DNA from: Candidatus Woesearchaeota archaeon
GTDB taxonomy: Archaea > Nanobdellota > Nanobdellia > Woesearchaeales > JAAOYA01
Assembly: GCA_018221105.1 (NCBI GenBank)
Contig: JAAOYA010000010.1
Coordinates: forward strand, 145,678-209,677
Reading direction: 5' to 3'
Length of the DNA: 64,000 nucleotides
Part shown: one piece after another, positions 1 to 9,070 of the stretch
Position numbering within the stretch: position 1 is the first letter of the stretch
Layout of the letters: the number at the start of each line of letters is the position of its first letter
Translations under genes and position numbers: made by a program
The notes under the pieces: generated by a model
The model's input: only the letters and a program-made list of their open reading frames with translations
What the model was told of the DNA's origin: nothing
Databases searched by the model: none

Positions 1-876
1 GTTTCCCTTCTCCACAAACCTTTTGATATCATTAATTCTATTTTTACTAACCATACGCTGATATGTTATTTCAATATCTTTTGCATTATATCCTTTTTCT
101 CTTCTATTTACATAAATGTATGGAAATAATTTTTCGGGTTGTATTAAAAAAGTATAATATTTATCGCCTACACCACCATATATTGCAGGGATAGTAACTT
201 TTCCGAGTTCTTTGCATTCTTTATTTCTAAATAAGTAAGCAAATAATTGATATTTTGTACTAGGACCTAATTGATTACTTAAATGTTGAAATGATTCAAA
301 AGTATTTCCATCTATGAAATGGATATTTTTTTCAGAAGCTAAAGAAACATTTTTTTCAAAATCTTCATTATTTTTTGAAATAATTAAGAATGAAATTTTT
401 AGTTTTTCAGGCTCATATTGCTTTTTTATAGATTTTGATAATCCTTTTTTTATTTTAGATATTTCACTAATCTTTTCTTTTATTTTTTCTTTTTGATTTT
501 CACATAAAATAATAAAAACATTATGTTTGTCTTTTGCAAATATATGAATCTTCTTTCTTTCGTCACCATCTAATATAGTAAAATTAGAATCACTAGCTAT
601 TTGAGAAAAACCCATTCTTTCAAAAAGAACCCATGTTTCATCGATTAAAAAATCCAATTCTTCTTTGTCTTTTCTGAAGACAAATTCTCTTTTTAGTTCT
701 CTATTTACTTCCCATCCTTTTTTAATATATTCATTTTTATGCTCTTTTCTAATTTTTTTTTCAATAAATTTTTTAGATTTTATCTTAGATATTTTCACTA
801 GTTCTTTTCCTGATAGTAACGTTCCAAATATATCTGGTCCTCCAATAGAAATTTTTTCTTTTATATCATCAGACAT
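1..876 (-). CDS. hypothetical protein (3' end runs off window start; absent from ORF track because no stop in window)
   Basis: Manual translation of reverse strand from ATG (rc of 874-876): MSDDIKEKISIGGPDIFGTLLSGKELVKISKIKSKKFIEKKIRKEHKNEYIKKGWEVNRE... continues open to position 1 with ordinary, non-low-complexity composition. The + strand ORFs 314..496 and 665..886 are F/S-rich low-complexity antisense artefacts. Confidence 0.5.
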   Translation of the reverse strand, partial: MSDDIKEKISIGGPDIFGTLLSGKELVKISKIKSKKFIEKKIRKEHKNEYIKKGWEVNRELKREFVFRKDKEELDFLIDETWVLFERMGFSQIASDSNFTILDGDERKKIHIFAKDKHNVFIILCENQKEKIKEKISEISKIKKGLSKSIKKQYEPEKLKISFLIISKNNEDFEKNVSLASEKNIHFIDGNTFESFQHLSNQLGPSTKYQLFAYLFRNKECKELGKVTIPAIYGGVGDKYYTFLIQPEKLFPYIYVNRREKGYNAKDIEITYQRMVSKNRINDIKRFVEKGN

Positions 877-1101
877 TTTTGGATAATAAACCTTTTATTA
901 ATTGTACACTATAAACTACATGTTAAATTTAAAACTTTCTCTTTAGATTTTAAATTTAGGATAAAAATTTTAAAGTCAGGATAAAAACTTAGCAATAAAA
1001 TGTCTATCAAAAAAACGTTTGTATATGACGAGAACTTTTTGGTTAAAAAATTAGTGCAAGAAAACCGTGGTTTTTTTATATTACCAAATCATTAGACAGT
1101 T

Positions 1102-1743
1102 ATGTTCCTTGGTCATTATGCAGTAGGATTTCTTTTAAAGCGCAAATTCCAAGAAGTCCCTCTTTGGCTTTTGTTGGTGTTTTCGCAGTTGATTGACATT
1201 ATTTGGCCTGTGTTGGTCATGTTTGGTGTTGAGAAGGTCGCTTATAATGCTGCTGCTAATCCTTTCTTGCGCGTTGAGTACACATTCTACCCGATATCGC
1301 ATAGTTTGATAATGACTTTGCTCTACGCAGTACTAGTCTTTTTCTTGTTTCACAAGCTCAAGAACAAGACCTGGGCTTTGGCTTTAAGCATTGCTGTAGC
1401 TTCACACTGGTTTTTGGATTTGATTACGCACGTTCCTGACCTTCCGATTCTTTTAACGTCAAAGGTTGGGCTGGGGCTCTGGCAGTACCCTAAGGGTTGG
1501 TTTCGCACTGAAGTGATTTTTTTTGGTATTGCAACGTATTTCGTGCTGGATAGTAATAAAGATAAAAGTTTTAGGATTTGGATGTTTAGCGGCTACATTT
1601 TAATGATAATGCTCTTCTTGTTTATGTTTTTCGCGCCAGCAATAACACCAACAAACCTACAATTAGGATTAACAACACTACTAGTCATGGCTATCCTGCC
1701 TACTTTTGCATATTTTGCAGAAAAAAAAGGAAGAAAAAAATAA
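1102..1743 (+). CDS. membrane-bound metal-dependent hydrolase, YdjM/DUF457-like
   Basis: Multi-TM protein with His/Asp-containing segments (HYAVGFLL, SHSLIMTLL, ASHWFLDLITHVPDLP) reminiscent of the DUF457 family. Confidence 0.4.
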   Translation: MFLGHYAVGFLLKRKFQEVPLWLLLVFSQLIDIIWPVLVMFGVEKVAYNAAANPFLRVEYTFYPISHSLIMTLLYAVLVFFLFHKLKNKTWALALSIAVASHWFLDLITHVPDLPILLTSKVGLGLWQYPKGWFRTEVIFFGIATYFVLDSNKDKSFRIWMFSGYILMIMLFLFMFFAPAITPTNLQLGLTTLLVMAILPTFAYFAEKKGRKK

Positions 1744-1746
1744 TTT

Positions 1747-1923
1747 TTATTTTTTGTTCCACATTGCTAGTAGTTCTTGCTTGTGCGTTACTGCAAGAAT
1801 GACTGCTCCTACTCCTACTGCTATTAGGATGTCTGCTGCCCATTGTCCGTTTAGTAGTCCAAAGCCAACGCCTACTAGTAGGCTTCCGACTAGTGGTAGA
1901 AAACAAATGTTTTGTTTTGCCAT
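1747..1923 (-). CDS. small hydrophobic protein (58 aa)
   Basis: Manual translation MAKQNICFLPLVGSLLVGVGFGLLNGQWAADILIAVGVGAVILAVTHKQELLAMWNKK. Local GC-richer stretch consistent with Gly/Ala/Val-rich TM coding. Below the 60-aa track cutoff. Confidence 0.3.
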   Translation of the reverse strand: MAKQNICFLPLVGSLLVGVGFGLLNGQWAADILIAVGVGAVILAVTHKQELLAMWNKK

Positions 1924-1997
1924 TTTTTCACCCCCATTATTTTTTCTTTGATATCCATTTTTGCTTTTTTCTTTTACTATTATTTAATTGTTTTCAT

Positions 1998-2723
1998 CTA
2001 ATGTAAATCAGAGTCTTCTGTTTCAATATTGACTTTTCCGCTTGCTGCTTGTGCTTCTGTAAAACTATCATAGTAGCATCCAACACTAACCCATCGTTGT
2101 TCATCATGAATGCTCTCATCATTCATGAATGTTTCGTAGTCGCTGACGATTTTTTGTATTTTTTGTAGCTCGACGTCTTTAACACTTTCATCTAATAAAG
2201 CGTAAGGACAAACCGATAGTATGTCCTCTGCTAGTGCACTACTTTTAAATATCATCAAGCCCCACTTTCCAAAACCCTCATCAGGAGCAGTAAGAGGTGA
2301 GACTTCTCCTATCACATCACCAACAACCACAGTGTCACCTTTGGAGACTTGTGGGTTTAGTACGTGTTCGTAATTAATAGTCCAAGAACCATGATTGATC
2401 AATACCGAGTAATCGTCAGAGTAAAGTTTTGGAACACTCTCTACAACACCATTACTAACTGCGTAAACTTTTGAGCCAACAGGCAAGTAAAACTCTGGGT
2501 GTGGACTAATACCTCCTACCTCATAAGAATCTCCGTATTCGTGAAATATTTTGTCTGTCCAGTGAAAATCGTGCATTACAACGTCATCAACATTTATGCC
2601 TATAGAATATATTGTTGGAGGAGTTTGTAGTTCTTCTTCAAAAGTATCTTCTAGCATTACTGGCTCTTTTGCACAACCAACTAGTAGAACTATTAAAAAA
2701 ACTAATAAGTACCTCTTTTGCAT
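1998..2723 (-). CDS. lipoprotein with degenerate LytM/peptidase-M23-like beta-barrel domain
   Basis: Signal peptide plus lipobox (LLVGC). Segment VGSKVYAVSNGVVESV...SVLINHGSWTINYEHVLNPQVSKGDTVVVGDVIGEVSP fits the M23 fold pattern, but the terminal HxH catalytic motif is not seen. Confidence 0.4.
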   Translation of the reverse strand: MQKRYLLVFLIVLLVGCAKEPVMLEDTFEEELQTPPTIYSIGINVDDVVMHDFHWTDKIFHEYGDSYEVGGISPHPEFYLPVGSKVYAVSNGVVESVPKLYSDDYSVLINHGSWTINYEHVLNPQVSKGDTVVVGDVIGEVSPLTAPDEGFGKWGLMIFKSSALAEDILSVCPYALLDESVKDVELQKIQKIVSDYETFMNDESIHDEQRWVSVGCYYDSFTEAQAASGKVNIETEDSDLH

Positions 2724-2741
2724 TTTATTATTTGCAAAGTT

Positions 2742-3023
2742 TTACACTGTCATTTCGAATTTAGTGATGTTTTGCGTTAAAGGCTTGAACGGGAACGGTC
2801 TTTGATTGCTAACAAATGTTGCGTAGCGCAAAAAGATGTACATTTGCGTGTTCCAAATCTCGCAAAAATCAGCTATTGACTGGTTTCTTTTAGCAACTAC
2901 TAATGCTATGAAAAAGTTTGTTATTGCAAGTAGGTGTATTAGCATTTTCCAAACTCCTAAAATTATTCCTGAAACAATCAATACTGGTATTCTCATTAAT
3001 GCTTCTTTACGATCGGTTTTCAA
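2742..3023 (-). CDS. small membrane protein
   Basis: 93-aa ORF with two hydrophobic helices; no recognisable family. Confidence 0.25.
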   Translation of the reverse strand: MKTDRKEALMRIPVLIVSGIILGVWKMLIHLLAITNFFIALVVAKRNQSIADFCEIWNTQMYIFLRYATFVSNQRPFPFKPLTQNITKFEMTV

Positions 3024-3264
3024 AAATTATCACCTCAATATCAATTTTTGATATTCGAGTATTTAAAGTTTGCCAATAAATTTTTATAATAGTCTACTGA
3101 TTAAAGTATTATGAATCCAAAAGATGTTAATGTTAGAGATTTTAATCCTGTTTATCGTACTCTTGAAAGATTAGAAGAACAAAAAAGACAGCGTAATTTA
3201 GAGCGTTCTGCGAGCCTTCCAAACTTGCGAGATTTTAGTCTTGCTTACAGAATTTTAGAAAAAG

Positions 3265-3672
3265 ATGAAAAATAAAATTTTTATAACAACTGTTTTGTTG
3301 TTGATTGTTTTAGTGTTTACTGCTTGTGCTAACACTACTGTTGTCAATGACAGGCCTACTGTTTGCACGATGGATTATACTCCTGTTTGCGCTAAAGTTG
3401 ATGTTCAATGCATTAAAGCACCTTGTCCTCCAATAAGTCAAACTTTTTCAAATAAGTGCGAGGCAGAGGCTGCTGGCGGTTTTGATATTACAGATGGCGA
3501 GTGCCAGTTTGAGTGTGACGCACAAAATCCTTGCAAGAATGAAGGTTTTGATTGTTACAAGTTTGAAGACGTGAGCACTCCTTTTTGTTATAATGATGAC
3601 CCATGCGAGCGTTGCGAATCAGGACAATGCCTAATACTAGAGTCTTATCCAATGCAGGTGCGTTGTGAATAG
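3265..3672 (+). CDS. secreted cysteine-rich lipoprotein with Kazal-like inhibitor motif
   Basis: Signal peptide/lipobox (VFTAC). CTMDYTPVCA...QTFSNKCEAEAAG matches the Kazal Y-x-PVC...TY/F-S-N-x-C-x-A core. A second Cys-rich half follows (14 Cys total). Confidence 0.45.
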   Translation: MKNKIFITTVLLLIVLVFTACANTTVVNDRPTVCTMDYTPVCAKVDVQCIKAPCPPISQTFSNKCEAEAAGGFDITDGECQFECDAQNPCKNEGFDCYKFEDVSTPFCYNDDPCERCESGQCLILESYPMQVRCE

Positions 3673-3704
3673 TTTTTTAAAGTCTTTTAATAATAATTGT
3701 TTTT

Positions 3705-6029
3705 ATGAGTGAGCTTTACACTTTGCGTCCGCAAAAAGGGGTTTTTGTCAATTATCGTTTTGTCAAAAGTCCTTTGACTTGGATATTCTTTATAATCTTA
3801 CTTTCAGGATTGTTTAATTTTGTTTTTTTAATTGCAGGGATATTGTTGTTAGCGTTTAATTATTATCGTTTTAGGGTGCAGTACAAGAAAACAAAATATG
3901 TTTTCTTGGCAGATAAACTAATACAACAGACTGGTGGATTGTTTCATGATAAAGAAACTGAACTGTTAATCACCAATATAACGCACGTCTCGAAAGTGCT
4001 GCCTTTTATTGAAAACAAACTCTTTGACACTGGCCACGTGTTCATTCAAGCTGCTGGCAGTAGTAAAGCAGAAGTTGTACTAAAAAGCATTGCTAACACT
4101 AAAAAATTTTATGATTACGTTTTTAATTTAATGCAGCATAATGGTTTCAAACTAAAAAAACAAGAGCAAGTACAAGTTGAAAGCCCAGCGTTTAGTGGAG
4201 TGCTTTTTGAAACACTAACACACTTTTTTGCTAAAATTTTTATTGTTTTGTTTGTCTTGATACAAATTATTGGTGAATCATTCGATCTTTTGATGGATGT
4301 TATTCGCTCGCCAACATTGCTTGCGGGTTTTGGCTTGTTAGCAGCTTTTGTATTGTTTGTTATAGTTGTTCACAGTATTTTCAAGTTTTTGGACCTTATC
4401 AATCGACGCTACACTGTTTTTGATGATACTATAGAATACAAAGAAGGTTTTCTCACAAAACACTATTCTTTTATGCCAACAGAAAACTTAGCTGACGCTG
4501 AAGTAAAACAAACAATAGTTGATAAAATCTTTAGTTTATACGACGTCAAAATTAGTGTTCAAGGAGCAGGTCAAGAGATATTATTTAAAAATATGAAAAA
4601 TGGCAAGTTGCTTGAAGAAAACCTTGACAAATTGATTCAAGGAGCTCAAAAAATAACTAAGAGCGCGAAAACTGTTGCAAAACAAGAGGTTCCAACAACA
4701 AAACTTGAAAAGAACACTGAGTTCACAGCGACTTATAAAATGAGCTTTTTTAGGGCTTTGATCCAGACACTTATTATCATACCATTTTTTCCAATATGGA
4801 TTTTTGTTGCATTAATTGTCGGCATTACTGCTGCTGTAACAACTTATAATGTTAAAGCTTCTAGTGTTGAACAACGCTACGATTTTATCACAAAAAAAGT
4901 TTTAGAGTTCAGTGTTGATAAAGTTACGGCAATCAATATTAGCGAGAATTTTATTGACAAGTGGTTCAATACCATAACTATTAATTTTTCTTCTATTGGC
5001 TCGCACGAAAAAATCAGTTTTAAACACTTAAAAAAAACTGATGACTTACAAAATAATATTTTATCAAAGTTTGGACTGGTAGAACAAACTAAAACTCATA
5101 GCATTTTTTCAACTTATCGAATAAGAGATTTTATAGCTGCAAACAGTGTCTTCCTATTCTTTTACGCTTTAGTTTTTGCTCCATTAATGCTATTTTTTAC
5201 TGTTTTTGTTAGCAGTCAATCAACAGAAGGCACCATTATTTTAACAGGAATACTAGCGGGAATAGTGCTCTTGCCAACAATTTTTATTCTTACTAGCATG
5301 CTTTATGGTTTATTCGTGTACAAGTTTTCACGCTTGGACTTTTACAAGGACCATTTTTATTTTCAAAAAGGATTCTTTTTTCGCAATTATTACCATGTAC
5401 TGTACGATAATGTTAAAGGTATAAAAACTACCAAATACCCATTGTCTAGCTCTGGTAGTATTCTATTCAACGTTGCTGGTGAAACAATGGCACAAGCCAA
5501 TAATCAAAAAGGTCAACAAATGCTAATGTCAAACCAGTTTAAAATGCGCTATGTAAGCAATATAAAATTAAAAGATGAATTGTTAGAGTTCATATTCTAC
5601 AACAAGCCAACAGTAGAACAATTAGAACAGTTTATGAAACAAGATTCTTTTGAACATGAGACAGTGCTAAGTGTAAAACCACGATTAGCAAACACTATAG
5701 TACCATTAATCATTATTAGCATTATCATTCCACCTTTGCTGTTCTTGTTGCCAATCATTTTATTGTTTGTAATTCTCACGTTGAAAATGACAACTTACGA
5801 ACTACAAAATCATAGATTGTTAAAACGTTCAGGAATATTGTACAAGAAGCAGCAATCTATAATTTTTTACAAAATAGACCACATTAACAAAAAACAAGGT
5901 TTTTTGAACAAAGTGTTTTCTAACGGTTCTGTTATTGTTAACACTACCGGAACTAGTCGTGCTGAAATGATTGTAAAAAACATTAAAGAATTTCCTGAAT
6001 TTTATCAAAAACTAAAAGAGAATTACTAA
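3705..6029 (+). CDS. membrane protein with four YdbT-like bacterial PH (bPH_2) repeats
   Basis: Four repeats of [TM hairpin]-[~100 aa soluble module], each beginning Y-x-(L/V/F)...; pattern typical of membrane-flanked bPH_2 domain proteins (YdbS/YdbT). Confidence 0.45.
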   Translation: MSELYTLRPQKGVFVNYRFVKSPLTWIFFIILLSGLFNFVFLIAGILLLAFNYYRFRVQYKKTKYVFLADKLIQQTGGLFHDKETELLITNITHVSKVLPFIENKLFDTGHVFIQAAGSSKAEVVLKSIANTKKFYDYVFNLMQHNGFKLKKQEQVQVESPAFSGVLFETLTHFFAKIFIVLFVLIQIIGESFDLLMDVIRSPTLLAGFGLLAAFVLFVIVVHSIFKFLDLINRRYTVFDDTIEYKEGFLTKHYSFMPTENLADAEVKQTIVDKIFSLYDVKISVQGAGQEILFKNMKNGKLLEENLDKLIQGAQKITKSAKTVAKQEVPTTKLEKNTEFTATYKMSFFRALIQTLIIIPFFPIWIFVALIVGITAAVTTYNVKASSVEQRYDFITKKVLEFSVDKVTAINISENFIDKWFNTITINFSSIGSHEKISFKHLKKTDDLQNNILSKFGLVEQTKTHSIFSTYRIRDFIAANSVFLFFYALVFAPLMLFFTVFVSSQSTEGTIILTGILAGIVLLPTIFILTSMLYGLFVYKFSRLDFYKDHFYFQKGFFFRNYYHVLYDNVKGIKTTKYPLSSSGSILFNVAGETMAQANNQKGQQMLMSNQFKMRYVSNIKLKDELLEFIFYNKPTVEQLEQFMKQDSFEHETVLSVKPRLANTIVPLIIISIIIPPLLFLLPIILLFVILTLKMTTYELQNHRLLKRSGILYKKQQSIIFYKIDHINKKQGFLNKVFSNGSVIVNTTGTSRAEMIVKNIKEFPEFYQKLKENY

Positions 6030-6030
6030 A

Positions 6031-6180
6031 ATGTTTTTAGGTTATAGAATGTTTGGCTGGATTATTTTATTAGCCGGTGGTTTCATCACTATTTTTGGTT
6101 TTGTCAAATGGAGTTTTTGGCAGATAATGATTGGCGCTTTTATGGTTATTGTTGGATTGTTCATGTCAAGAATTAGTTAA
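6031..6180 (+). CDS. small membrane protein (49 aa)
   Basis: MFLGYRMFGWIILLAGGFITIFGFVKWSFWQIMIGAFMVIVGLFMSRIS; two TM helices immediately after the bPH gene. Confidence 0.3.
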   Translation: MFLGYRMFGWIILLAGGFITIFGFVKWSFWQIMIGAFMVIVGLFMSRIS

Positions 6181-6502
6181 GCGGTCCTTTTTGAGTATAA
6201 GCTACTGCTTTTAGGAATTCTTCAGTGTTCAAAAATGCATGCGGTACTACTATTATAAGGCCTAAAACTCTATAGCTTACCGGGTTCTCTTCGCATTTTT
6301 TGTAGTGTCGCCAAGAATTAGTAAGTAATCTGTTTACATTACCGTTTGAATAAATTTCTTCTTTTCCTGCGTGAGGTCCTGTTTCTATAACTCTTTTTTC
6401 TAGTCTTCCATCGCGCAGTTTTGCTTTTATTTCTATTTCAATATCTACCGCGTCCGCTATGTCTTTTAATGTTTTGCAACACTCATCAATTTTAGCTAGC
6501 AT
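6173..6502 (-). CDS. hypothetical protein
   Basis: 109-aa ORF, non-repetitive composition; no family recognised. Confidence 0.4.
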   Translation of the reverse strand: MLAKIDECCKTLKDIADAVDIEIEIKAKLRDGRLEKRVIETGPHAGKEEIYSNGNVNRLLTNSWRHYKKCEENPVSYRVLGLIIVVPHAFLNTEEFLKAVAYTQKGPLN

Positions 6503-6552
6503 CGAGAGTATAAAACAAAGTTTTTTATAAGTGTTATGCCAAACAATTATTT

Positions 6553-6750
6553 ATGAAACTATTAAAACGTGTTGAAGACTACTTTTGGAGTGGCAACAGA
6601 CTGGCCAAAGCAATGATATTTTATGGTTTTGGAGTTGTAATATTATTGTACGGTTTATACTATCAAAAATGGGTTATTGCAGGCATCGCAATTGCTTTTC
6701 TAGTAATTGACACAATAATCAATTTTTTAAGTTGGAGCCAGTACAATTAA
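6553..6750 (+). CDS. small membrane protein
   Basis: 65 aa, two hydrophobic helices. Confidence 0.3.
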   Translation: MKLLKRVEDYFWSGNRLAKAMIFYGFGVVILLYGLYYQKWVIAGIAIAFLVIDTIINFLSWSQYN

Positions 6751-6932
6751 GAATGATATGCTTCATCTAAATGTTTATTCATAGCCGCTGGTCTGGTACT
6801 ATATAATATTGGCAGTTCTTTAGCTCTTTCTTGTTCATCTATTCTGCCAAAGCGCTCACCGCAAGGAATACAGGATACTAAAATACCACAACCTTCGCAT
6901 TCCTCGTGAATTACTCTTTTAAACAGTTCCAT
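6747..6932 (-). CDS. small zinc-ribbon protein
   Basis: CEGCG...CIPCG, i.e. CxxC-x9-CxxC. Confidence 0.4.
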   Translation of the reverse strand: MELFKRVIHEECEGCGILVSCIPCGERFGRIDEQERAKELPILYSTRPAAMNKHLDEAYHS

Positions 6933-7003
6933 AACAAGCTCTCAAAGATTCTTATTTAATAATTTATCGTCAATTTTTTATATAAGACAATTTTTGTCAT
7001 AAC

Positions 7004-7402
7004 ATGACAAATGATTATTTTGCACAAGCAGCTACTCGTTACAATCCTAAAGATTTTCGCAAGAATGCGGGTTTTGACTTTTATGCAATGGCAGAATTGC
7101 AACGTATTAATCCTCAGAAAGCTGAAGAAGTCAGAATTGCAATGCTTGAAGAATTTATTGAAAGTCAACCTTTAGAAAAGCAGGAAGATATAAAGCAGTT
7201 GTTGCAACTAATAAAAGAAGGGAGTGCGACGCATTCTTCACAGATTCACCGTGCAGGTGTTGCTTTAAATTTTGCAACTGATAAAGCTTACGGCCCTGGA
7301 GGATTAACAGAAACAAATAGAAAGTATCTTCCAAAAATCGCCGAAGAAATTTCAGAAATACGTTGCCCAGCACAAAAAGCTTTAGATCTTCTAAAAAAAT
7401 AG
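7004..7402 (+). CDS. hypothetical protein
   Basis: 132-aa ORF, plausible composition. Confidence 0.4.
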   Translation: MTNDYFAQAATRYNPKDFRKNAGFDFYAMAELQRINPQKAEEVRIAMLEEFIESQPLEKQEDIKQLLQLIKEGSATHSSQIHRAGVALNFATDKAYGPGGLTETNRKYLPKIAEEISEIRCPAQKALDLLKK

Positions 7403-7449
7403 TTTTTTTTAGCAAAACGTTTTTATACGAAAAAATTCTTTAATACACT

Positions 7450-8184
7450 ATGAGTGAAAAAGAGGCAGTAGGTGTTGACGTAACTTTTGTTGTTGGCACT
7501 CCCGGGGCCACAATAACAATTGATCAGGACAGCACAGAAATTGGAGTGTTAACAGTTGGAGAAAGTGGCAAAGCTCACACTAGCCTAAAACCAGGATTGT
7601 ACAGTTTTTTGTTAGAGTTAGGCGATAGAAATCAAATTCTTACAAAGCAAATAAAACCAAAAAGCAGTGAAACAATAAAATTGCAGTTTGGCAAAATCGC
7701 AGAACATCACGTTTCAAGTGAAGGCCACGAAGGTGTTTTTCCAATTTTTAAGATTTTTTTTGCAGTAATATTTTTAGGCCTTGTAGGACTTGGAGTAATG
7801 CTATACTCTGATAAAACTTTGGACTTTGAAACTTTTAATTTTTTACAAAAAGAAGAAGTTATAGAAGTTGACACTACCCCTGTTTTTGTAGAGCCAGTGT
7901 ATGAGACTAGAATTCACGAATTATTAGAAAATGATGTGTTATTAGGCGAAGAATTGAGCGCTCAAGGAAGGGTCATTTTCGTAAATGGTGTTCCAGCAGG
8001 AGAACTATTCTTTGATCAAAAAGTCTTAGACTCGCAAGGTCACAGCATATTTTTCGTGCTAAAAAGTGGTCGTGGTTTTAGAAAAGACAAAATCTACAAT
8101 ATAACAGGGCGATTAGTAAAGTATGAAGGCGTCAAATACTTGTCAGTAACAAAAAACATTATAGAAGTTGGCGACGCACCATAA
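7450..8184 (+). CDS. hypothetical single-pass membrane protein
   Basis: Central TM helix (FPIFKIFFAVIFLGLVGLGVMLY) separating two soluble domains. Confidence 0.45.
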   Translation: MSEKEAVGVDVTFVVGTPGATITIDQDSTEIGVLTVGESGKAHTSLKPGLYSFLLELGDRNQILTKQIKPKSSETIKLQFGKIAEHHVSSEGHEGVFPIFKIFFAVIFLGLVGLGVMLYSDKTLDFETFNFLQKEEVIEVDTTPVFVEPVYETRIHELLENDVLLGEELSAQGRVIFVNGVPAGELFFDQKVLDSQGHSIFFVLKSGRGFRKDKIYNITGRLVKYEGVKYLSVTKNIIEVGDAP

Positions 8185-8217
8185 AGTTTTTTATATAAGA
8201 ATTCTTTTTGCTAGTTT

Positions 8218-8535
8218 ATGAGTATTGACGCACAAGCACAACCGCAATTAAAGACTTGGGATGATATTGAAAGTTTTGATGATATTGTACTAGAGGCTGA
8301 GAGAGAAATAATTAAAGAATTATTAGAATCTAATCCAGAAGTTTGTCCTGAACTGATGCTTGGCGGACAATTTTTTTATTTTTGTGGCAAAGACTTGATA
8401 CCGCCTTTTGATGAAACCAATCTAGAACCTTCAAACCCAGTGTATAAAAGACACCAACAAGTTATTTTTATGCAATTGTATTGTATGAAAGATCATAAAA
8501 AATGTGCTTATTTTAATGACAGAAAAAAACTTTGA
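8218..8535 (+). CDS. hypothetical protein
   Basis: 105-aa ORF. Confidence 0.35.
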   Translation: MSIDAQAQPQLKTWDDIESFDDIVLEAEREIIKELLESNPEVCPELMLGGQFFYFCGKDLIPPFDETNLEPSNPVYKRHQQVIFMQLYCMKDHKKCAYFNDRKKL

Positions 8536-8557
8536 TTTTTTTAAGGTCGTTTTTGTA

Positions 8558-8809
8558 TCATTTTTTATAAAAGTTTTTTCTGTGGCCTATTTGCACAATT
8601 AGTATTTCTAATTTATTTTCTATCACTCTTAGTACTATCCTATAGTCTCCGACTCTAAGAGCAAAGTATGGACTTCCCACTAATTTTTTTATGTGTGCAT
8701 ATGGCCTTATTTTACATCGTTCTAAACTATCAATTATTCGTTGTTGGATAGATTGTTCTAATTTTTGAAATTGTTTTAATCCAATACTAGAAAAAGTTAT
8801 AGTGTACAT
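8558..8809 (-). CDS. relE: RelE/ParE-family toxin (type II TA)
   Basis: YRIVLRV...LEILIVQIGHRKNFY, a typical RelE/StbE C-terminal signature; 83 aa. Confidence 0.75.
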   Translation of the reverse strand: MYTITFSSIGLKQFQKLEQSIQQRIIDSLERCKIRPYAHIKKLVGSPYFALRVGDYRIVLRVIENKLEILIVQIGHRKNFYKK

Positions 8810-8810
8810 T

Positions 8811-9032
8811 TTAATTAAGGCCTAATTTTTTTTTGACCTCTTCTAGAGTATGTACTTTTCCTTCCTTGTACTCTTTTTCTGCTTGAGCGATATCTTTTTT
8901 TGTTTGTTCTGATAATTCCATAGTGTCTTCTATTAAGTCCCAAATGACTTCTTCGTAGGTTTCTTTTTCGTAGAGTTTTCTCGCTTTGAGTTTTTCGATT
9001 AAGTCTTTGCTGACTTGAATAGTAGTTGCCAT
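8811..9032 (-). CDS. putative antitoxin partner of RelE
   Basis: 73-aa charged helical protein immediately upstream; stop is 1 nt from the toxin start. Confidence 0.55.
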   Translation of the reverse strand: MATTIQVSKDLIEKLKARKLYEKETYEEVIWDLIEDTMELSEQTKKDIAQAEKEYKEGKVHTLEEVKKKLGLN

Positions 9033-9070
9033 AGTGAACTATAGAACGTTATAGTATTTAAATTTTTTGT

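Noticed and set aside
314-886. ORF-track + strand ORFs 314..496 and 665..886
   Set aside because: F/S/I-rich low-complexity translations antisense to a well-behaved minus-strand CDS (1..876).
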